Positions 10,705 through 19,899 of a stretch of 64,000 bases of DNA are shown here, in pieces. The notes under the pieces were generated by a model. It ran no database searches, was not told the origin of the DNA, and saw nothing but the letters and a program-made list of their open reading frames with translations. Numbering within the stretch: the first letter of the stretch is position 1; every line of letters begins with the position of its first letter. Origin of the DNA: a virus (lineage: Duplodnaviria; Caudoviricetes); the IMG/VR virus record IMGVR_UViG_3300028591_000083, positions 1-64,000 of that record; one strand, written 5' to 3'. The translations under genes were made by a program, and so were the position numbers.

Positions 10705-11892
10705 TTACTTTCTGTTTCTGCGAACAGATTCACTAAGAACCTTACCAGTAACAGAGTACATATCTCTTGACTCATTCTTCATGAAATTCTTAGTCTTATA
10801 GGAATACTTTAGTGAAACAGGAGTGATAGAACCCTTCATAGTAACACACTCAATAATGAATGTAGGTCTTGCATTTGCGACAGACTCAGTGAACGGACCG
10901 TACTCCTTGAAGTTTAGGGTCATTCGCTTACCCATTTTGAAGTTCTCGCAAACAAACTTGACTGGACGTTTGCTACCCTTTGTGGTAGTAACAACACCTT
11001 CAAGAGTAAGGCGATTACCACGAACGGTACCTTTAGAAACCTTTACAAACTTGACATTTGCATAGTTCTCTTTTGCGAATGTGGTAAGCATTCTGTTAAG
11101 AGTAACTTCATCAAAAGAAGCATCGGACTCATTAACGGACTTCTTAACAGCACCCTTTGCGAATCTCTTTGGTACAACAGCACCAGACTTCTTCATCTCA
11201 GACATACGCTTTCCTGCCTGAACTCTTGGCTTGCGAACAGACTCAGCTCTACGCTTCATAGTACGCATTCTGGAACGCTTTACAGATTCCTCAAAGTCCT
11301 CGTCTTCATCTTCCTCGGTAAACTCTTCTTCCTCGAAATCTTCACCGTCATCAACGACTTCTTCTTCCTCGTCAGTAACTTCGACATCATCAATGTCCTC
11401 TTTGTCTTCGTCAGAGAGCTCATCAGTTGCGGTAATAACACCGACAACAATCTGATCACCTTCCTCGCCGCAAACTGGGCAAGTTTCATCAACAACATCC
11501 ATGTCCTCAGAAAGCTCTTCATCAGTTACATAGTTTGCACCGCAAATAGCGCACTTGCAAACATGAGCACCAATAAGCTCTTCTGCTGCATCCTCTGCTT
11601 CCTCAACATCCTCTGGAACTTCGTCCATCTCAGGATCAATAACAAGCACTACATCATCATCAGGAGTGTAGTCAGCAGTAACATCACTGTCTTCTGCATT
11701 GTCATCTTCGAGAAGGGACTTGAATCTATCAAGAGATTCAAACTTTAGCTTACTAGCAGGAATAGCAAATGGCTTAATCTTCTTTGCTGCTTTAGAAGTC
11801 TTCTGAACAGACTCCTTGACAGTTTTCTTTTCGGAACTATCAGAATTCTTTAGCTCCATATTTGTGAGTTCAAAAACATTCAAAGTTGCCAT
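10705..11892 (-). CDS. acidic prohead core/scaffold-like protein with zinc ribbon
   Basis: Very acidic centre, CxxC...CxxC, about 8 xxES motifs (TVKES, KFES, FEES, RAES, VNES, FTES, KNES, LSES); start MATL after AAGGA SD. Confidence 0.5.
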   Translation of the reverse strand: MATLNVFELTNMELKNSDSSEKKTVKESVQKTSKAAKKIKPFAIPASKLKFESLDRFKSLLEDDNAEDSDVTADYTPDDDVVLVIDPEMDEVPEDVEEAEDAAEELIGAHVCKCAICGANYVTDEELSEDMDVVDETCPVCGEEGDQIVVGVITATDELSDEDKEDIDDVEVTDEEEEVVDDGEDFEEEEFTEEDEDEDFEESVKRSRMRTMKRRAESVRKPRVQAGKRMSEMKKSGAVVPKRFAKGAVKKSVNESDASFDEVTLNRMLTTFAKENYANVKFVKVSKGTVRGNRLTLEGVVTTTKGSKRPVKFVCENFKMGKRMTLNFKEYGPFTESVANARPTFIIECVTMKGSITPVSLKYSYKTKNFMKNESRDMYSVTGKVLSESVRRNRK

Positions 11893-11929
11893 AATACAAT
11901 AACATCCTTTCAATAAATATTTTTTGAAG

Positions 11930-12622
11930 TTAGTCTATTGGAAGTACATAGTCAACATTCGTATTTAAGAATGTTTGAATTTCTTGTATTTCCTCTTTTG
12001 CTTCGGACAGTAAAGTTTCACCATCCAAATTATATTGTGCAGAGTTCAAAGTATATTTACTTCTAACTCTACCTAATACCAGTTTAGCATAAGCAGTTGC
12101 TAGCTTTAGAATTTTATCAATCCAGAATACCTCTGTAATTTCTTCTACATCCTTATAGTCTGGGATATATTGGATTGTAATAGCATTAACATACGGAGGA
12201 TTCATTGTAACACTCAGTTGCTTTGTGTGTGCATCCCATACAAAATCAAGATCGGTTGAAATGGTATTTAGTTGTTGAAGTAACAGCATTCTATTACCGT
12301 ATGCTTCTGCGTTTGTAACAGCATTATATACTTGATTCAAACCAAAAACATCTAATGTATTCATTGATAAACTATTATATGTATCTGGTCGCATAACATT
12401 TATAACGGCGTATACTCGTTTATCACTCAAATCTATTGTTGTTCCAATACCATGTAGAGATCCACCATAAGGAACTGTCATATATGCAGGTGTTGTGATA
12501 TATTGTTTGATTTCTCTAAACGCCTTATTCACACATCTAGGAATATCTTTTTCAATCTCAACCTCTACAACAGATCCACCAAGCAATAGCATGATTTCAT
12601 CTACATATTCTGCCATCGTCAT
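11930..12622 (-). CDS. neck protein (gp13-like head-tail adaptor)
   Basis: LLLGGSVVEVE...AYAKLVLGRVRSKY...LDGETLLSEAKEE motifs. Confidence 0.75.
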   Translation of the reverse strand: MTMAEYVDEIMLLLGGSVVEVEIEKDIPRCVNKAFREIKQYITTPAYMTVPYGGSLHGIGTTIDLSDKRVYAVINVMRPDTYNSLSMNTLDVFGLNQVYNAVTNAEAYGNRMLLLQQLNTISTDLDFVWDAHTKQLSVTMNPPYVNAITIQYIPDYKDVEEITEVFWIDKILKLATAYAKLVLGRVRSKYTLNSAQYNLDGETLLSEAKEEIQEIQTFLNTNVDYVLPID

Positions 12623-13077
12623 AGCTTACCACTCTCCAAGATAGTCTTTACAAGTGTTTTGACAGAATTGTTTTTCTTATATTTGATACCAAAGTTTTCA
12701 CAAATATTGAACAAATCTTCTTTTGCTAGTTTAGACAATTCTTCTTCTGAGTATCCTGTGTTAATGCTAGTTGTTTTCTCGTCATTAACTGTATCATCGT
12801 TTGTGATACTATTCGCGGAAGAAGAAACCCCGTCTACATTTTCTACAACAGTTTCATCATCACTAATTTCAAGAGAATCAATTTCCCTATCGTTAGTAAT
12901 AACAGCAAGACCACACCTATCAAGAACTCTTTTATCAATATTCATCCAATAATCAACTTCGTATTCATTGTCAGTATCTAGTACAATAAATCCATTAGCT
13001 TTTATATTGATTGTAATACCGTTAGTTCTGCATATTGTATGGTCATTATTTTTGAGGTTTTTAATTGCAAAACGCAT
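12619..13077 (-). CDS. hypothetical protein with C-terminal HeH/Rho-N-like motif
   Basis: Start MRFAIK after GGAGGG SD; C-terminal EELSKLAKEDLFNICENFGIKYKK. Confidence 0.55.
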   Translation of the reverse strand: MRFAIKNLKNNDHTICRTNGITINIKANGFIVLDTDNEYEVDYWMNIDKRVLDRCGLAVITNDREIDSLEISDDETVVENVDGVSSSANSITNDDTVNDEKTTSINTGYSEEELSKLAKEDLFNICENFGIKYKKNNSVKTLVKTILESGKL

Positions 13078-13207
13078 AAACACATTTCCCTCCAATTCCC
13101 CCAAAATAATAATTTTAAGTGTACCATGTCTAGGCGTAGGCTGGAGGAACACCTAAACCTAGACATGGTTTTTATAAATACAGACTAATGTCTGTATTCA
13201 TTAAGAA

Positions 13208-13765
13208 TTAAGAAACAGTGACAACGCAAGTTGCAAGTGCAGTAACATTGTCAACAGTAATAGTACCAGTAATCACAGCAGTACCAGCAGCAACACCAGT
13301 AACAGTACCACTTGAAACAGTAGCAACAGTCTCATCAGAGGAAGACCATGTAACAGTTTGACCTGCCGGAGTGGTGGTTGCCGTGATAGAACCAGTACCA
13401 GTTCCAGTAATTGCAAGAGTTTTCTTATCAAAAGTAACAGCGATTGTCTCAACAGGATCATTTGTAATGACAATCTTTGCACCATCAAGGTTTAGACCCT
13501 TGTAATAAAGTGCTTCGTCACCATTATCAGTGGTAATAGTAAGAATAGAAGAAGCTGCTAGCTTGAAGAACTGGAACTTATCATAAAGCTCAAAAGTAAT
13601 AGAACCGTCACCAACAGTAGCCATATCAGCAATATACTCTTCATAAGGAGTCTGTGGAGTAGTGATACCAGTTGGAGAAATAGTAGTTAGATCAAGAGTA
13701 TCAGTAAGTACCTTTGGATTGGTATTCTGATTAGTAATCTTAATGGTATACTCAGTAAGTGCCAT
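13208..13765 (-). CDS. Ig-like (Big_2) domain virion protein, possible head decoration
   Basis: VTWSSSDETVATVSSGTVTGVAAGTAVIT Big_2 motif; directly after MCP. Confidence 0.8.
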   Translation of the reverse strand: MALTEYTIKITNQNTNPKVLTDTLDLTTISPTGITTPQTPYEEYIADMATVGDGSITFELYDKFQFFKLAASSILTITTDNGDEALYYKGLNLDGAKIVITNDPVETIAVTFDKKTLAITGTGTGSITATTTPAGQTVTWSSSDETVATVSSGTVTGVAAGTAVITGTITVDNVTALATCVVTVS

Positions 13766-13809
13766 AATAGATTCATCCTTTCAATTAAAATATTTTTGAT
13801 TTTTCATAT

Positions 13810-13846
13810 GCAACTGCACAACCTATATTTCAAAGTTGTGCAGTTG
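13810..13846 (-). terminator. hairpin after MCP stop
   Basis: CAACTGCACAAC...GTTGTGCAGTTG perfect inverted repeat. Confidence 0.5.
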
Positions 13847-13879
13847 TTATTTGAGTTAAAAACCTAATGTGGTTAAGAA

Positions 13880-14005
13880 TTAGTCAGTGATTCTACCACG
13901 GATATACATCTTACCATTGAGCATCTTCATGCCGTAAGATGTTGCGTAACCCTGCTGACCACGGAAGTCTGCTGGCATGAGTAGATCTGTGGACATGATA
14001 GGCAT
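13880..14005 (-). CDS. major capsid protein, terminal exon (copy B, downstream of intron 3)
   Basis: Encodes MPIMSTDLLMPADFRGQQGYATSYGMKMLNGKMYIRGRITD*, continuing the YAPY motif of gp23-type MCPs; missing from the ORF track. Confidence 0.85.
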   Translation of the reverse strand: MPIMSTDLLMPADFRGQQGYATSYGMKMLNGKMYIRGRITD

Positions 14006-15445
14006 TGCTTTATTACGCTTAAAAACATCCTTTGAGGTTTATGTTGTAAGGATTGTCAAGTTCAAGTTCGGTTATATATCTAAAATCATATCCCTGCTCT
14101 ATGCTATATCTTTGTTTTATCTGATTCCTGATATCTTGTATTCTGAAATATGGTTTCACTTCAAACACAATATTTGTATTTGGTATTACAAAATCAGGAT
14201 AATAAACATGAAATTTTCCTTTGTAAAAGTATTGTATCTCTAAGGATTCATATTCAAATTCAAGTCCAAACTCATTAAGTATTTTGGCAAATATTAATTC
14301 CAACGATGATCTAAAACGATATTCTTTTCCGTTTATCGTTTCTACTTTCACATGGTTTCTATTATACGATTTTTTCATAACGATCTCAGTCAGTCCATTT
14401 TCATGTTGTTTTTTACATTTATCTGACTGCATTTTTCTATAATCATCGTCTTGCCACTTTTTCTTAGTTGTTTCTGACAATCTATCGTACACGCCAGTTT
14501 CCCTTAACTTATCAGATACCCGCTTTCCGATATCTGGATATCGTTCTTTTCGTGTACGTGCTGCCCTCATACGACTTTCTTTGTACTTTTCAGGATTTTC
14601 TTTCATGTTCTGTGCAAGATGTTCATTACTTATTGTAACTGCACGTTTACATCTCTCACTAATCTCAGGAATAAATAATTGTTGATATGGATATAATTTT
14701 TCAAATTCTGATCTTGACATATGATGTTTCCATGTTAGGTGTTGTGTTAATTGTTTCATATTTGATTTTCCACATATAGGACAAGTAAGAAGTTCGTTAT
14801 CTGTTGGAAGTATTAATTCTTTTTCTTCCGGAAACATATTGAAATAATCATCAACTGATCCTATATTGTGCTTCTTCAAATGAAATGCCAAACCACGTTT
14901 AGATGTAACTGTTTGATTGCAAATAACACATTGTATCATATAAACCTCTCAGTCATTTTTAAGATGCTTACCCTTTCAGGAACATACATAAAGTATGTTG
15001 TTGAATTTCGTATCAACTAAGGCTAGACTATATCATAAACTTCAATAATAAATTAATGAAGCCCAAAGGAACTTCGGAATCATTTGATTCCTACTCCGAG
15101 CCACCGGATAGTCGTTGCACCTTCATCCTACATAATTAGGACGCTTGGCTCAGTGGTTATCCAATCTTAAACCTTGTTACCATACATGAGTAATTACTTC
15201 ATCCGCAAAAACATTACTGTATTTGTTTGGTAGTTTAAGCTCTAAGGATGTTCCCTGAATTCCCCTTTGTAACTACAATCATATATCACTATATGAAGGT
15301 ACATACCTATTGTTTGTTTTTAGTCTGTGATTCTGCCTCTAATATACATTTTTCCGTTAAGCATCTTAGTACCATAGCTGGTAGCGTAACCTTGCTGACC
15401 ACGGAAATCTGCTGGCACAAGTAGATCTGTTGAACAAACAGGAAT
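14006..15445 (-). ncRNA. group I intron 3 of MCP gene, with duplicated exon in P1 loop and endonuclease ORF near 3' end
   Basis: Core on minus strand: GAAUUCAGGGAA (P4), CUGAGCCAAG, AAGGUGCAACGACUAUC and GAUAUAGUCU (P7); IGS at 15299-15318 pairs with both exons. Alternative boundaries 14003-15442. Confidence 0.8.
14019..14939 (-). CDS. intron-encoded putative homing endonuclease: two C2H2-like zinc fingers plus PD-(D/E)xK (TnsA-N-like) nuclease
   Basis: CVIC...HLKKH, CPICG...HLTWKH, FRSSLE...YYPDF...FEVKP. Confidence 0.75.
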   Translation of the reverse strand: MIQCVICNQTVTSKRGLAFHLKKHNIGSVDDYFNMFPEEKELILPTDNELLTCPICGKSNMKQLTQHLTWKHHMSRSEFEKLYPYQQLFIPEISERCKRAVTISNEHLAQNMKENPEKYKESRMRAARTRKERYPDIGKRVSDKLRETGVYDRLSETTKKKWQDDDYRKMQSDKCKKQHENGLTEIVMKKSYNRNHVKVETINGKEYRFRSSLELIFAKILNEFGLEFEYESLEIQYFYKGKFHVYYPDFVIPNTNIVFEVKPYFRIQDIRNQIKQRYSIEQGYDFRYITELELDNPYNINLKGCF

Positions 15446-15462
15446 ATACGGCGCGTAAACAA
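15320..15462 (-). CDS. MCP exon 3 (micro-exon 15446-15462) read through into intron-borne duplicate terminal exon (copy A)
   Basis: (F)VYAPYIPVCSTDLLVPADFRGQQGYATSYGTKMLNGKMYIRGRITD*; exons of 840+376+143 nt give an in-frame 452-aa MCP. Confidence 0.85.
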
Positions 15463-15866
15463 CATTTGTGTTTATACATACTGTATTGTATGTATATTTC
15501 CCATATCACTATGGGGATCAGACTATATCATGAATTTAATAACTCTGTTACCAAGTTATTAAAAACCCTCGCACTTCCATTTAATAGACTTACATAAGAC
15601 TAATATCATCTTATTGCTAACCTATACAGGCTGTACTCTACTTGCTTCGTGTTGTTAAACAACCTTATTTTCAAACCACCTGATAAAAATCATTTATGCA
15701 TTTCTGCAAATGTGGTTGTCTAGCTTTCGATAGTCGTTGAACCTTTCTTAAAATTAAGTTTTCTTATTTTTAAGACTTGGCTGCTGATTGACTCACTTAT
15801 GAGCTTTCCAGCAGTTCACGAGGTTTAGGCTGGACTTGTATTACGCAGCAACGGCATAATCCGTTA
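15463..15866 (-). ncRNA. group I intron 2 of MCP gene (404 nt, no ORF)
   Basis: P1 GCUGGAU/GUCCAGC with U.G at the 5' splice site; GUGAACUGCUGGAAA, AAUCAGCAGCCAAG, AAGGUUCAACGACUAUC, GAUAUAGUCU; ends in G; splicing restores EAGFVYAPY. Confidence 0.9.
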
Positions 15867-16242
15867 ATCCAGCTTCAAGGAAACTCGTACCCTTGTAACC
15901 CATAACAAAAGTATCCTCTGCCATGGAAGGAGCAACGTAAACCTTGTAACGACCACCGAGTGTACCAATGAAGTGAGGACCAACAGCATCGGAAGAACCA
16001 GTAGCGTCAAAGTTTCTCATACACTCAATAACTGCGGAAACATTAGTACCACAAACAATGAAGTTTGGCTGTACTCTCTGAGTTGCCTGCTGAACAATCT
16101 TAGCACCAGCAGTAAGGCGAATCCAGAAGGAATCATAGTGATCCATTGCATTTACGCCGTGTGGTGCGGTTCTGCTCCATGTAATCTCAGGACCTGCTGC
16201 TGCACCTTGATAGAGCTTGCTAATAACTTCCTGATCAATCTC
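15867..16242 (-). CDS. major capsid protein exon 2
   Basis: EIDQEVISKL...NFIVCG...IGTLGGRYKVYV...MGYKGTSFLEAG gp23-type motifs. Confidence 0.9.
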
Positions 16243-17258
16243 CATTATGTTACGAATTATCCGTATCCGATAATTCTCTATACATTATGTATTTTGTATA
16301 GTTCGGACTATATCACATTCTCAATTACTCTATTACCAAATATTTGAGAACCCATGCACTTCGGATTTACTAAATCCTACTCTACTTGCTTCGTGCTTTT
16401 CAGCCTTATTTTCAAATCGCCTACATCTTATTATGTATTTATGTATTTCTACAAATGCGATTTTCTAGCTTTCGATAGTCTCTGAACCTTATAATTATAA
16501 GTTGTAGTTATTTATTTTTTGAACAAATGCCTCTGTGAAATCCAATAGACTCATAGTACTCAAGTTCTGCCTGTGAAATTGTTTTATTTATCTCACCATT
16601 TGTAACTCTTATGTGTCCTTTATTTCTGCCTTTGTTCTTTTCACTTATTTTTCTAAGTGTTTCTTCTGTATGTTGTTTTCCATACATAGGATTATTTTCA
16701 CCAGATGAAAGTTCGCTTCTTCTTTTTAACTGTGCTTCATTCATTTTCCAATGATTTCCATAATTTGAGTTTTTATTACCAGATCTATTTTTGCTCATTT
16801 GTTTCTTTGTTTTATCTGAGTGTTTGTGTCCTTTGAATAACGGTCCGCCAGCTCCGGCTTCGCCGCCTTTACAAATATTATAGAAATCAGGATCATTTTG
16901 AGCATTATAGTAAGCGATATATTTTATTTCCATCTCGTTTAATTCTTCTTTTGATTCACATTCACATAACATAATTACTGAGAAATTTTCTTTTCCATAG
17001 AGTTCAATAGCCTGTTTAAGAATTTTACCAGAACCTAAATACTTCTCATGAAGAAATACGTTTGATTTCTTCTGTCCGATATATCTTTTTCCATTCTCAT
17101 TATTTATAGTCATGTAAATATAACCATACATTTAATAACTACCTCTTTATAATTATCTTGGCTTCTGATTGGCATATAAGCGATCAGAACTCATATGCTT
17201 TTCCAGAAATTCACATGGTTTTTCATAATCTGTCACCAGATTAAGCCACAAGTTGTTT
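16243..17258 (-). ncRNA. group I intron 1 of MCP gene (1016 nt) with GIY-YIG ORF in P6
   Basis: P1 CCAU/GUGG with U.G; GUGAAUUUCUGGAAA, AAUCAGAAGCCAAG, AAGGUUCAGAGACUAUC, GAUAUAGUCC; terminal G; splicing restores GEIAH-EIDQEV. Confidence 0.9.
16508..17131 (-). CDS. GIY-YIG homing endonuclease with NUMOD3-type repeats
   Basis: YGYIYMTIN...KRYIGQ...YLGSG; KHSDKTKKQMS and GENNPMYGKQHTEETLRKIS repeats. Confidence 0.9.
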   Translation of the reverse strand: MYGYIYMTINNENGKRYIGQKKSNVFLHEKYLGSGKILKQAIELYGKENFSVIMLCECESKEELNEMEIKYIAYYNAQNDPDFYNICKGGEAGAGGPLFKGHKHSDKTKKQMSKNRSGNKNSNYGNHWKMNEAQLKRRSELSSGENNPMYGKQHTEETLRKISEKNKGRNKGHIRVTNGEINKTISQAELEYYESIGFHRGICSKNK

Positions 17259-18098
17259 ATGGGCAATTTCGCCAGCAGCCTGAGTCTTCATAACATCAAG
17301 AATCTCAGTACCATACTGCTGCTTAAGGTCATATGCTGCATCAAAGCCCCAGTAAGCTGCTAGCTTTCTGGACTTAGCAAAAATACCAACCTGACCGAGA
17401 GACATATTCATCTCTGGAACCTGAAGATCCGGAACCTGCTCATTGTTGTACTCATATGTAGCAGTTGTACCGTCAGTAGCGGTTGCACAAGCAAATGCAC
17501 CACTTGCATAATTAATAGTACCAACAGTAGTACCGGTAGCAGGATTTACAAGATTACCAGTACCGTCATCAACATAACGAGTACCGTCTGCAAGAACAAC
17601 AGCAACGGTCTTAGGAAGAATTGGAACAAACTCAAAGTTTACACCGTCAGTAACAGGCTCATCATCAACAATACGAGAAGTGTAGTAAGTATCAGACTGA
17701 CCAGTGTAAAGGGAGTTGTTAAACATCTGACCAGCAGTAACCTTACCCTTATTAGTACCATAAGTAAATCTGAGGAAGGAAATCATACCAGCCTTGGAAT
17801 CTAGTGGCTGAGTAGAAACAATATCAGGAGTGATAATGTTTGGAACAACAGCAGTAAGTAGATCCATAAAATAGGTCTTGGAAGGAATGTTAGAGGAGTT
17901 AGTTGCCTCATTAAGCATTCTTGCTTCGGTGTTTGCAAGAGTCTGTGCAAGTGTAATCTTCTTTTCAAGAGTTAGTGGGGACTTGCCAGCTTTCTTCTGA
18001 ACACTCTCTGCGATACGGATGTTTCTGCTATACTTCTTAAGGTTAGCATCAGCTTTTAGCTTGCTCTCCATTAGAGCTTCGTTAATTGTAGTTGCCAT
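17259..18098 (-). CDS. major capsid protein exon 1 (T4 gp23-like)
   Basis: DIVSTQPLDSKAGMISFL, AKSRKLAAYW...AYDLKQQYG motifs; highly expressed codon bias. Confidence 0.92.
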
Positions 18099-18162
18099 AA
18101 TTTATACAATCCTTTCATAATAAAATTTTCAAGTTACAATTTTTTTGGATATTGCTTTTATA

Positions 18163-19863
18163 TCAAATAGACTGACTTGCTTGCAACAGGAACGCACCAA
18201 GTCTAGCGTCTTCTTTTTCTTCGTCTGTCATGGAGCTTTTAATACCTTCCATTAAGACGTTTTCTGAATTAGCTATACTCTTTGAGGAAATCGGGAAACC
18301 GCTATATCTATCAAGTCTATCACAAGCACTTTCCACAATAGATTCAATTCCTTCTGGTGTTGTGTTAAGAGTAATTGATTCCTTAATATGTTTAGCATTT
18401 AGTCCATTCATATTGGATAGCTTTTCAACATACTTATTTTGGAAACTCTTAACCTGTTTACTTAGTCCAGAATTCATTGATTTCTGAGTTTCAAGTTCCT
18501 GCTTTAGAGATTTTACAGATTCCGTCAATTCTTTAATGGTGTTTGTTTTATCGTCTAATCTACATTGTGCCTCACTGAGTAAAGCTGAATAATCGGAAAC
18601 TTCTTTATCCAGATTTGTTATTTCATTGGAATGTTCTGTTTGAGTATTATCAAACTTCTGTTCCAAATAACGTACTCTGTCTTCTGCTTTTGACAATTTT
18701 TCAGTTAAATTAGAAATCTCTGTTTCCATGTTTCTTGCTGAAATCATAGACTCATTAGCAATTTGTTTCTGCTCTCTTACAATACCAAGCTGTTCTTTAT
18801 ACATAGAATCTAGTCTTTGGTTTTTCTTTTCTAGGTTGCGAATCATATCGTTTGCTTCTGTCAATCTTTGTGACTTAGAACGGATACGATTTTCATGCAA
18901 CTCTTCTTTAGCAGTTTGCTGTCTCTTTGATTCAGCCACATTTCTTCTAGCTCTTACCAACTGCTGTTTAAGACTTTCAATCATCTCTTTGTCGTTTTGA
19001 ATAGTTTCGACATAACGTGATTCTCTGTGCTTATAAGCAGATACAGTGGAACGTAAACCCTTGATGCAACTATAAAGCTGCTTGTTATCCCTAATAGTTT
19101 TAGCCGATTCTTTAAGGGTTTCAGTAGTCTTAGACTCATCCTTTGCAACAATAGTCTTGTCTGCGCTTTGTAGAGATTTGCATTTATCTTCAATAGATTC
19201 AATAAGTGAATCCATCTCAGAATCTTTAAGATTGGATGTTCTGATAACAGAACGAATGATATTAAGGTCTGAAATTGTTTCAGCATCCTTAATCTGATTT
19301 GTTACAGATTCCTTAAAGCTAATATCCTTTACTCGCTTTACAGATTCCATAACTTTTTGTCTTGCCTTTTCAACTGCCGGAGTGGAAACAACATCAAAAC
19401 AAGCAAACTCATAAGAATCTTCATCAACTCTTTCTCCGTCTGCCGATTCAATAATGTCACCTTGACCTCTACTTGATACACCAAGTACACTGCCATAATT
19501 AAGAATGCTTTTCAGTATTCTTCCTTCAGGAGTGTCCAGAATATCAAATCCACCATAAATCAAACCTTCGTCCTCATTGATAGTGTAGTCTGTCATAACA
19601 ATACACGCTTTAGACATAAGAGGTTCAAATCTATCTTCCGGATGATCTAGCTCACCAAACAATGTTTTATTATCCAATGCTTCCTTAAACAAGGAATCAT
19701 TAAATACTTTCTTCCATAATTCCAGTGGATATAATCTTCCGTTTCGTGTTGGATTCTTAAAGTCTGCACAAACTCCTTCAAGTCTTCCAAGGCAACCCTT
19801 TTTTGGGGCTTTACTTTCATTCAGCTTCAAAGAATTCATTCGCGTTTCAATTAAAACTCTCAT
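18163..19863 (-). CDS. prohead protease (gp21-like) fused to long coiled-coil scaffold
   Basis: NGRLYP, FGELDHP, LDTPEG, GVSSRGQG, FDVVSTPA motifs followed by a long coiled coil. Confidence 0.9.
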   Translation of the reverse strand: MRVLIETRMNSLKLNESKAPKKGCLGRLEGVCADFKNPTRNGRLYPLELWKKVFNDSLFKEALDNKTLFGELDHPEDRFEPLMSKACIVMTDYTINEDEGLIYGGFDILDTPEGRILKSILNYGSVLGVSSRGQGDIIESADGERVDEDSYEFACFDVVSTPAVEKARQKVMESVKRVKDISFKESVTNQIKDAETISDLNIIRSVIRTSNLKDSEMDSLIESIEDKCKSLQSADKTIVAKDESKTTETLKESAKTIRDNKQLYSCIKGLRSTVSAYKHRESRYVETIQNDKEMIESLKQQLVRARRNVAESKRQQTAKEELHENRIRSKSQRLTEANDMIRNLEKKNQRLDSMYKEQLGIVREQKQIANESMISARNMETEISNLTEKLSKAEDRVRYLEQKFDNTQTEHSNEITNLDKEVSDYSALLSEAQCRLDDKTNTIKELTESVKSLKQELETQKSMNSGLSKQVKSFQNKYVEKLSNMNGLNAKHIKESITLNTTPEGIESIVESACDRLDRYSGFPISSKSIANSENVLMEGIKSSMTDEEKEDARLGAFLLQASQSI

Positions 19864-19899
19864 CGTGTATCACCCCTTTCTTTGAAATAATCATGTGTA

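Noticed and set aside
13880-15445. Duplicated capsid segment as a diversity-generating retroelement TR/VR pair
   Set aside because: Differences are mostly synonymous and not adenine-specific, and there is no reverse transcriptase in the window.
15841-16245. ORF track entry MEIDQEV... as an independent gene, and 17241-18098 as a complete MCP
   Set aside because: They are exons; the ATG is the intron-1 terminal AUG and both ORFs run into intron sequence.
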